Source: Lepidodermella squamata (lineage: Eukaryota > Animalia > Gastrotricha). From it: a DNA stretch of 64,000 nucleotides. Both the position numbers and the translations under genes were made by a program. The notes beneath the pieces were generated by a model. That model saw nothing but the letters and a program-made list of their open reading frames with translations. It was not told the origin of the DNA and did not search any database. How positions within the stretch are numbered: the stretch's first letter is position 1; the number at the start of each line of letters is the position of its first letter. The DNA is taken from the NCBI GenBank assembly GCA_047495785.1, contig JBLDXI010000031.1, positions 558,001-622,000 on the forward strand. The letters are read 5' to 3'. This document shows, piece after piece, positions 35,138 to 45,679 of this stretch.

Positions 35138-36724
35138 TTAAGAAAGCATTTTAGAACCATAGTAAAATAAGGGAATGCAACTGAGGCAAAACCCTGCGAC
35201 CGCAGCGATTATGTCGCATAGGCGTATCAGTTTTAAACCGCCTTTCCCATTTGCCCGGGGGCAGACCAGCTTCTTGGCTGAGTCCAAATCACCAGCATAA
35301 CACGCTACCAGAGTGTAAATGGTCAGTAAGAGACATATGACCATGAAAACTACAAGAATATTAATGAGATAAACCTCCTGCGATGTTTTTGGAATTAGAG
35401 AGAAAACCATGGCGAGCAATACCGACATGGATAGATTCACTGTTATGCAGAAGCTTGGCCGATCAGGATGGCAAGGGTCCATTGCCAAGCTGAAGAGTTG
35501 AACGATCATCAACGATATTGTCGGCACGAAGATATTTGCGACGTAGTATTCATATTTCCTTCGAAGAACCAAAGTAATCGTCGCATGGTCAAATCCGCCC
35601 TTGTCGATTACAGATCCATTGAAAGCAATGAAGATCCAAATATCATCGTCTCTAACCGGCGAGTAGTCCTTGCCCACTCCAACAGTGTCGATCCTGATTA
35701 CTGCTTCGCTTCCTATGTTTTCATTTTCAAATTCAAAAGTACATGAGGCTTTATCAAAAGGGAATTTTGTGAAGCTGAATCCGAAGCATAACGACTTGAA
35801 CGGTCGAACACTCGTGACAGTGAATTGGATGCCTGCCTTGCGAAACGGCCTGGCTTTGACAGTCGCTTCGCTATTGAAAGAAGGCTTTAGTTACTTTAGC
35901 TAATATTAGGGCAGAAACAATTACTCTCTGAGAGGTCTGACATCGCCTAAAGCATTGATATGCTGCATATCCGGCCACCAAACTGAATCTGTAGGTATCG
36001 CGAATTGAATTCTGTTGAGCAAACTTTGAGGCATCGCTTCATAGCCCGGCAAAAGTTGTTGCCGGATATCTGGCTGGCATGGCATGACCCACATCATTCG
36101 AAACACCATTGTAGCCGTCATGCTTTGAAAATTCAAAATGGTTATTCATCACTGATCGTTTGAGTCGATGGATAACTCGATGGATTTAAGTTAAATTTGT
36201 GAATGAAGAGGCAAAGGTAAAGGATTCCCGATCCCCATCTTTCACAGTAAAACTAAGCTTAAATCCATTTCATTCACTATGATATTCTCGCTAAAGAAAA
36301 CAAAATTAGATGTTGAGATTCAGCATATAGAAAAAAGTGACTCTGGTCACTTTGTTCTCTATGAGATGCAGTTACCAAATAAAGAAAGATCTTTTCTAGA
36401 AAGACTAGTGATGAACTAGTGAAGGTACCTCATTTCAACATCGCTGACCTCGCTCACTTGCATTAGATCAGCAGAAAGGTAGGTTACAATTGGATCGCTG
36501 TAGTTTCCAGATTTTAGATGCCAAGCTGTTGGCAGATTCATTGCTCTTGCGATAGGGCACAGTCTGAAGAAACGTTCTCGCATGATCAAATCAGGAATGC
36601 CGCTCAACGAAGGGTCATCCACCGAAGTTTCTTCTAGCTTTGTTCCGTTGACAGGAATTGCACTGAAAACTTGAAATGGGATCGAAGCTATTAAAGCTAA
36701 AATCGCAATTGTAGTTCTTAACAT
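35138..36724 (-). CDS. Divergent Cys-loop LGIC subunit 3 (exons 36724-36429, 36122-35925, 35870-35138)
   Basis: 198-nt exon 2 and 733-nt exon 3, same motifs as subunit 1. Confidence 0.9.
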
Positions 36725-37443
36725 TGCCTCAATGTTTCAAAAAATGTCTTTTCTATTATGCAAAAGCGAATTGTTTACCCCCTAAGAATTTGTAGACGTT
36801 GAATAATTTTTAATGATTTGTCGTTTCTTTCTGCAAGTAGCTTCATGCCGTTTACTTAGCTTCAAGCTTCGCAAAACTAAACAAACAATGGCTAACTAGA
36901 ACCTATGGAATCACGTGCTTCAGCTGAAACATTGTCCACCCAAATGGACGAAGACGAATATCGAGAGTCAGATTCTTCTTGTAATTCTCATCTGCACTGG
37001 GTGTCAGCATTCAACAATTCGAAACCAATTGGGCTGCAGCTTATTCCCCTCGGGGAAATAAACCTACAACCTACAAATATCAAAAATTAACTTTACCCTT
37101 TAGGAATAAAAAGCATCTGGAGAGTTTAACCGAATCAAAATTAATCGAGCCAGTTACCAACAGATTGTAATCTCCTGCTCATCATAGCGACTTGAATTTC
37201 CAATCACATGTTAAACGGAGGAACAAAGCAGTATTTCTTGAGAAATATATCGAAAAATAGATCGATCCAACAATGGTTTAGGGTTATTCATGCAACGAGA
37301 GGTACAATTTGTACATTTAATATATAGAGGAAAAATATAAAAGAAAATTAATACAAAAGTATTTCGTTTTTCTAATATGAGCCAGCACAATTTGCAGTTC
37401 CATAAAAAACGAAGAATGGTCGAGGGTCTGCTGAAATGATGGC

Positions 37444-38783
37444 TCACGTTAACATCTTAGAACCGTAATAGATCAAAGGAACGCAACTGAGACAAAATCC
37501 TGCGGCTGCAGCCGTTATGTCGCATAAGCGAATCAGCCTTAAACCACCTTTCCCATTCGCCCGAGCGCAGACCACTTTCTTGGCTGACTCCAAATCACCA
37601 ACATAGCACGCAACAAGAGTGTAAATGGTCAGTATGAAGCAAATGACCATGAAAACCACCAGAATATTGATGAGATAAACCTCCTGCGACGTTTTTGGAA
37701 TCAGAGAGAAAACCATAGCTAAAAGGACTGATATCGACAGATTTACTGTTATGCAGAAGGTTGGTCGGTCGGGATGGCAAGGATCCATTACCAAGCTGAA
37801 GATTTGAACGGCGATCAGCGATAGAGTTGGCACGAAAATATTTGCGACGTAGTACTTATATTTCCTTCTAAGGACTAAGGTACAAGTCGCATGGTCAAAG
37901 CCGCCTTTGTCGATGACAGATCCGTTGAAGTCAACGAAGACCCAAATATCGTCATCTCGAACTGGCGAGAATCCTTCGCCCACGCCAGCATACTCAATCC
38001 GGATCACAGCTTCATTGTCTAGATTTTCATTCTCGAACTCGAATGTGCATGAAGCTTCGTCGTAGGGAAATTTCGTAAAGCTGAAGCCGAAACAGAGCGA
38101 TTTGAACGATCGAACTGATGATATGACGAATTGGATACCGCCCACTCGAAATGGCCGCGCCATTAGGAGCCTCTCACTAATGAAAGAAGATTAAGTAGGT
38201 TTCGAAGCGATTAAGTTGAATGACTTACTCTCTAAGAGGTCTGACATCGCCTAAAGCATTGATGTGTTGCATATCCGGCCACCAGACTGAATCAGTAGGA
38301 ACCGCGAATTGAACTCTATTCAGAATGCTTTGGGGCATGGCTTCATAGCCTGGTAAGAGCTGTGATCGAATATCTGGCTGGCATGGCACGACCCATAGCA
38401 TTTTGAAACCCATCGTAACTGTCATGCTTTGGAATAGATCGCATCATAACATTTCGCCAGCAAGTTTTGCGTTACCTCATTTCAACATCGCTGATTTCGC
38501 TCACTTGCAAAAGGCCAGCATAAAGGTAGGTTACGATCGGATCGCTGTAGTTGCCTGTTTTCAGGTGCCAGGCTGATGGTAAGTTTATTGCCCTCGCTAT
38601 GGGGCACATTCTGAAAAAGCGATCTCGCAAAATCAAATCTGGAATGCCACTCGACATCTCGTCGTCGCCTGAGGTCTCAACTAGTTTTGTACCGTTAAAC
38701 GCAATTTCACTGCGAGCTTGACAGAGGATCGAAGCTGCTACGACTAAAATCGGCAATTTTGAGTCGAGCAGTGGAGCAGTCAT
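37444..38783 (-). CDS. Divergent Cys-loop LGIC subunit 4 (exons 38783-38476, 38426-38229, 38176-37444)
   Basis: Same exon sizes and motifs; FPYD variant of the loop. Confidence 0.9.
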
Positions 38784-39104
38784 CCTATTGATATGGAAAT
38801 CAATTGTACCTGCTAGCAGACCACGAAAATTCAGGTTGAATGAAATGGCGAATAAGGAGGCGATTCTACCATGGATTTTAACAATTATATTTAGGGGTAA
38901 CGAATTGTTTACCTTGGGAGAGTTTATATCCTTGCAGGTAATTTTTAATGATTTGCAAGTTTTGCTTCACATTTTGTTCGTAGCTTTAAATGTCGTGATT
39001 CAATATGTGTACACAGAATGACGCGTATTTATTTTCGATTCATATAAAATATCCTTCTTCCTGGAAAAACCAGCACGGCTATATACTATCACTTTAAATT
39101 TGAC

Positions 39105-40439
39105 TCAGGAAAGCATCAAAGATCCGTAGTGAATGAAGGCGCCGAATGCGATGCAGAAGGCAATAAAAGCAGCTGCTAGGTCGCACAAACGTATGATCCT
39201 CATGCCGCCTCGTCCGTTCGCCCGAGTGAAAACTGACTTTTTGGCTTTCTCCATATTTCCGACGTAGCATGTGATTAGCGTGTAAATAGTTAATATGACA
39301 CAAACCACTATGAAAACGACTAGAATGTTAATTAGATAAACTTCCTGAGAAGTTCTGGGTATCAGCTCGAAGACCAGCGTCATAAGAACGGCCATCGATA
39401 GGTTAACTGTTATACAGAAAGTTGGCCGATCCGGATGGCATGGGTCCATTACTAACCCAACGATTTGGACCAGCATCAAAGATAAACTTGGCACAAATAC
39501 ATTAGCGACGTAGTACTTGTACTTCCGCCTGAGAACTAAGGTACATGTCGCATGGTCATAGCCGCCTTTATCGATTACAGATCCATTGAAAGTAACAAAG
39601 ACCCATATGTCATCGTCTCGAACTGGCGAGTAGTCCTCGCCCACCCCAACAGTGTCTATCCGGATGACGGCTTCGTTACCGAGGTTTTCATTTTCGAACT
39701 CGAACGTGCAAATTGCGTCGTCGAACGGGAATTTTGTGAAGCTGAATCCAAAGCATAGTGTTTTGAAAGGCCGAACGCAGAAGATTACGAGCTGTATGCC
39801 ACCCTTGCGAAAGGGTCGCACTCTTATAAGCGGCTCACTGTTAAAAATGAATAACTAGGTTATTCATGAAAAAGGGATCATCCTACTCTCGGAGGGGTCT
39901 GACCTCGCCTAGGGCATTGATATGCTGCATGTCTGGCCACCAAACTGAATCAGCAGGTATCGCGAATTGAATTCTGTTGAGCACACTCTGAGGCATCGCT
40001 TCATGGCCTGGCAATAATTGTGATCTTATATCAGGCTCGCAAGGCATGACCCAGAACATTCGGAAAATCATGGTAACTGTCATGCTTTGGAAAAAGAATG
40101 GCCAAGAATTTTTGACAAGGAATAGGCCTGTAATGAGAATAATCTTTGTTACCTCATTTCAACGTCACTGACTTCGCTGACTTGGAACAATTCTGCCGAA
40201 AGGTATGTCACGATCGGGTCGCTATAATTGCCAGATTTCAAATGCCAAGCTGTTGGTAGGTTCATTGCCTTCGCGATAGGGCACAATCTGAATAAGCGAT
40301 CTCGCATAACCAGATCGTGAGTGCCACTTAGTAGGGGATCGTCGCCTGAATTAGCTATGAGTTTTGTCCCATTTGTGGGATTTTGACAGGCGACATGGCA
40401 AATATTCGACATAAACACCGCTGCCAAAATATGCTTCAT
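39105..40439 (-). CDS. Divergent Cys-loop LGIC subunit 5 (exons 40439-40153, 40084-39887, 39837-39105)
   Basis: Same exon sizes and motifs; Glu at M2 20'. Confidence 0.9.
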
Positions 40440-40488
40440 AGTTTCTGCGAGTGAAGAAATCGGAGTTTTGATACAGAATAAATATACG

Positions 40489-40763
40489 AATTCCTCCCGC
40501 AGTCATCCCGCAAATCCCGCAGTTCATCATGTGGACGTCCACGTGTATTGCAGCGTGATGAAAATTTCTCTGCATTCTCCCATACAAAAAATAGTGTGCA
40601 TATGTTAATGATTTTGCGAGAAGATGAATGCTTACTCATTGATACTGGCAAAAAATCATGTTTGTAGGGGTATAGCTTATCCCGCACCCTCATCCCGCAG
40701 TCCCGCAGTCATCCCGCAGTCCCGCATCACGTGAACAAACTGCGGGATGCTGCGGGAGGAATT
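40489..40763. mobile_element. MITE with tcccgca subterminal repeats
   Basis: TIR aattcctcccgcag / ctgcgggaggaatt; lies 50 bp upstream of the LGIC-5 ATG. Confidence 0.7.
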
Positions 40764-41425
40764 TCTAATACATTATGCACTTACTTTCCAAATTTTTCAA
40801 ATTTGATGTAAGCAATTCTCAATTTCATTTCAAGTTACATAGACATCTTATCAATGTCTATGTCTCCTTTGTGCCATGTTAAAAAATCTTCGCACAAGCC
40901 GGAGTCGAATGTTTACATCATCCGAACCTTCAGGCGCGTCATGTACTGGTCTGCATACTTCATATTGTGATTTGTTTGTTTTACTAGTTAATGTTAATAA
41001 GCTGAATATCGGCCGATAATCTCATTCGCCAATTATAAAGCGCTGGAAGCGGTAGAGAAATATCGATTCGGCGAATGTCTCAGACCTGTCTTAGAGGATA
41101 TATGCGCGAAACGAAAGATCTAATTTGTTCCATCTGCTTAAGCCTCGATGTCACTGGTGAGAAATTTTTTAGCTCTTCATTGAGCCTTTTATTGACCTAC
41201 AGGTAATAGAAAGATATGATATTAGGTAATAGAAAGCCTTTATAGAGGTGGGGCAGGCGGCAAAAAGGAACGATACAATCAAATAGCGAAACAGAACCAG
41301 ACTATATGTTGCTTAACCTTGTTAACAATTTTTAAGGTGTCTTGTCTAAAGAGACGTGGCTATGTGTAAATACAAACTTATCAACAACCATTTTTTTGCC
41401 AATTAACCCGAAAAGTTCATTTTAC

Positions 41426-42576
41426 CAGTGTAGGAAGTAGCGGGAGGGATGAGAGGGTTTACCCCCTCTTGGCGAGATGTCGCGCCCCCAAAAATATAAG
41501 CCATCCCCTTGATTGCATTTTCACAATTTTTACCTGGCTGCACTTGCTCAGCTTGGTTATCGATTTTTCTAAGCCTTTAGTATCTGCGAAGAGCATTGAA
41601 TTAGCGATATTTACTCAGGCACTTCAAACTTGCTCAATTTCGTTAAGGGTGAACAAAGAATCCTGCATCGCCAAGTGAGGAGGGATGTAATTCAAACCAG
41701 GGCTGAAAAACCTGCGAAATTTCCCGCGCACTTTCTCAAAATTTCCCGCTAGTTTTGACCCATTCCAGCATTTTTGCATGTTTTGCAGGCCTGCTCTCAG
41801 TGTGCGACTTTCAGGCTCCAGCTCGGCCGGGCCAGACAACAAAATGAGAATTTATCCCACTGTTTGGTTAATTTTGAGAGGTTTTGGACCATGTTTTAGT
41901 GGAAAATCTTCAAAATTTTCTCGCTTCGCTCGCTATTTAGTCAAAATGACCAGTCAGTCAGTTAGTTCTTCCATCCCTGGCAGCTCCGGGATCCAAGATC
42001 GCACCCTGCCTGCTCTAAACAAAAGTCTGGAAAAGCGCGTTGTATCGTCATTTCCTGGAAGTTTTTGGAGCTAATTTCAGTTGTAAATCCGAAACAAATT
42101 TCCTCGCTTCGCTCGTATATTACTCGTATTACTTGTATTGGCTCAAATTAAATGACATTTTCACCAATCCAGCACTTCTGCTTTTCATATTCGAGTCATA
42201 GAGAACGTTCTCTATGGTTCGAGCGAGGATGAAGCGAGGATGGTTCGAGAAGAATGACAGTTTTAGCCTTGAGTAATAGAAGTTAATCTGAGATCCAAGA
42301 TTCATCCACACTGTTTCAATTCGAATCATTTTCAGCGCATTTCCAACCACTGGTTTTGTGAAAAAGCAATAGCTAAAGCTCGCTTCGCTCGCGGTGTTAC
42401 AATTCGTTGTTTCGGAGCATCCCTGCTTCAGAACTATCACTATGTGAGAGGAAAATTCTGAAAGCAAAAAAGTGCACCGACTGGCTAATATGCAGTGAAC
42501 ATTGCTAGCGACGAAGTCGCGAGCGAAAATTTGGATGGGCATCCCCCTTTCGGCGAAAAACCTACTTCCTTCACTG
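41426..42576. mobile_element. Non-autonomous hAT element
   Basis: TIR cagtgtaggaagtag / ctacttccttcactg; perfect 8-bp TSD CATTTTAC; internal cgcttcgctcg motifs. Confidence 0.9.
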
Positions 42577-42716
42577 CATTTTACCCCGAAATTGTTTTCA
42601 TCCAGAGTACAATGAAAAAATGAAGCCTAATTAGAATTACAAATTTACATCTGATTCATGGTTTGACTGTGGAATGAATTTACTACAGTGATCGTGGTGT
42701 TTCGTAAGCAATCGTT

Positions 42717-45400
42717 ATGTCTCCATTTTACTATCCTTTGATTCCCTTCTTGTTGTTATCTTCTGCGGGTTGCTTTGTACCAAAGGCATTGTCTTTGAAT
42801 AAAACTGAAATAACTCATTATGCATGCTGCAATTACTCGTATTTAAGCAACGCTATTTTTAGATCGCTTCGTCAAAGAAGCCAGTTCTGAGTTCAACAAA
42901 AGTTGACGTGACACTTCCGAATTTCTGGTTTTATTACGTTGAAGTTATTTAGCATTTCCAGCGCGAAGCTGTTAAAGCTTCAGTAGAGTACTTCCCTATC
43001 AATGGAAAATACCGCTGGCTTGATGCAAACGCAGCTTGCATGAATAACAATGCTCATTTAGCTGAATTTGCTGATCAAAACGAGCTGCAACTTGCCGTTA
43101 TATCCATTGGGAGCTCAGAAGAGAAATTTTGGGTCGGCCGCCTATATTGCAATTCCTAACAAGTGCGGCAGTTTCGCTGGCTCGATGGCTCAGATTATCT
43201 AGAAAATTTCTTCTCCATTCTGACCCGTCTGACCCTTCGAAGAAACCGCATGGTAATTTTTTTTTGTGGGGCGATATCGAAGAGGTCAGACGGGTCAGAA
43301 TGGAGAAGAAATTTTCTTGATAATCTGAGCCATCGAGCTCTAGCTGCATCGGAATGTGACGACGAGCTCCTGAATGTTCTCTGTGAAATAAGGTCGGAAA
43401 AGCTGCGAAAAATTCCACATATACCTTTACCCGCACATCTGTAAGTCCCACCTAGAAAATTGTATTTATTTAAATATAGCATTCGCTCAAAAAATTTAGT
43501 CAGTACCCATGCTCGTGCGATATTTTACGATATAGCACTCGTAATTCATTCATATCTAGAATGATACTCTCGAGCTCGAGCACTCGATTTGGTCAAGTCG
43601 ACTCGGCTCCGCCTCGTCAACATGCCCGCATCTCGTGCTACGAAACTCAGATAAAATAAAATACTCGTACTATATCATACAAATAAATGTTCTCCAAAAT
43701 ATAGGTCGAGTAGCTTGGCCAATTCGATATTTTACGGTATAACATTCGCTAATCGTTTATATCTGAACTCGCCGCACTCGATTTACTCATCTCAACTCGC
43801 CTCTCCATTCGTAAATCTCGGTCGGCTCCGTTCAGAAATGAACTCTTTACTCATGTTATACCATACAATTATATAAATATCTATTTCATCAAACTTTAGT
43901 GAAGAAAATGGGGGAAAAGGCGGAATTTTTGAATTTTTACCCTTGACTTTTCTAGGTGGGATTTACAAATGTGCTCTTTACTCGAGTTTGCTGGAATTAT
44001 GCTATTCGCAATCGGCATATATCTCATTGCTACAACAGCTTTCCTGTTATGTGCCAAGAAAAGCAAGCCAAAGGTAGCTAATGATCTTGGTAACAAATCG
44101 GATTATTTTCTATGTTTCCTCATAGTATAATGATTTCATAATTACAATGGACCGTGTTAAAATATCAAACAAGTTAATTGGCAGAGGAGCCTTTGGACGA
44201 GTATATCTAGGAACTGTTCTGCTGAAGGATGGCAAAATTATGAAAAATGTGGCGATCAAAGTACTAAGGGAAAATGCAACCGACACTCAGCGAGAGAAGT
44301 TTCAGAAGGAAATAAACATAATGATACAGATGAACTTGACTTGCGGGAAGCATGAGCATGTGATTTCGATGATCGCATGTGTTCAACCTGGCCGTCTCAA
44401 GAATGAGATGGCAATTATTATGGAACATTGCCGATACGGTTCCTTGGACAAGTTATTGACTTGGATGGATAGGGTGCGTCGTAGGAAACCCGATATTTTG
44501 GCTGATAATTTGAAGAAAAATCAGAAAAGCAGCGCTTCCGATGCTGGCTATGTGTTTGAAACACGAGGAACACGGCTATATCTTTATGAGCCGATTCCTG
44601 AGCAGATTGCAATACTGTCGACATCAGCTAACAGTAGTTATGTGACTTCTTATGCGTTGAGCCCCATTCCAGAGGAAAGTCTGACAGCCACAGATTCCGG
44701 TTCCGGTTACGTGGTTGCAACGGGAAGGCTAAGACATCTTGAACCGTTTTTGGAGCTAATTCCGCTTCTATCAACTTCGGCAGACACCAGTTTCCCCTCG
44801 ACCCAGGGTTCCGTTAACAGAATCGACAGATTAGAAGCATTGCTTCTCCTGTACGCTGAGCAAATCAGCCGAGGAATGGAATACCTTGCCAAGCATTGCT
44901 TTGTTCACCGAGATTTAGCAGCAAGAAATATTCTCGTTTCTCGTCTCGATTGCGTTAAAATTGCGGACTTCGGCCTTAGTAGAGATTTATATTTCAACAA
45001 AATATACACTTCAACTCACAAGGATCGGGTTCCTATCAGATGGCTTGCCCCAGAGTCTTTGGAAACCAATAAATTCAGCACAGCGAGTGACGTGTATGTT
45101 AATGAAATGTGAATCTCCTCCTTGTTATTATTCAAAACTGTTGTATCTAGTTGGTCATTCGGAGTGTTGCTATGGGAAATCGCGACTTTAGGCTCGAAGC
45201 CTTATGGTTACTATAATTGCGACATTTTGCAATTTTTGAAGGATGGGAATCGTCTCGAGAAAAAAACAGATTGTTACTGCTCTGATGAACTGTATGCAAT
45301 AATGATGAAGTGCTGGAGTTACAACCCACGTGATAGGCCTTCCTTCACTAGTTTAGTTCGACAATTAGCCGGGCTTAGAACTGAAATCCAGTCAGAATAA
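42717..45400 (+). pseudogene. C-type-lectin receptor tyrosine kinase with damaged ectodomain (signal exon from about 42717; CTLD 42962-43440; TM 43956-44073; kinase 44126-45093 and 45151-45400)
   Basis: CTLD motifs RWLDANAAC..AHLA, FWVG, FRWLDG, VLCE with in-frame TAA at 43157-43159; TM FAGIMLFAIGIYLIATTAFLLC followed by AKK; kinase GRGAFG, VAIK, HRDLAARN, DFG, PIRWLAPE, SDVWSFG all intact. Confidence 0.8.
43464..43875. repeat. Two tandem related repeat elements in the RTK intron
   Basis: Repeated cgatattttacg.tata.ca.tcg, cactcgattt, ctcgcct/ctcggctccg and atacaa.ta motifs in two units of about 200 bp; class unknown. Confidence 0.5.
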
Positions 45401-45679
45401 GAGCAGATTGAAATCAATATGTTCTCTCATTTTTGGATGAACCGGTGCGTGATTCGTATTTCCTGCAAGCAAAATAAAGCCGAATCTTGCATCACTTCCT
45501 AATACATAATGCATATCGTTTGGTTTTTACTTGGATTCGTGAAAAAGTCTTCAATTTTCATACGCTTTACTGACTCCTCAAAAGTAACAACTCGAAATTA
45601 TTAGGAGGAGACAATGAATTATTACATCTTCTAGGCTATCATTTCCAGTCTCAGTTTCATTTTCCTAATGGCAATTTCT

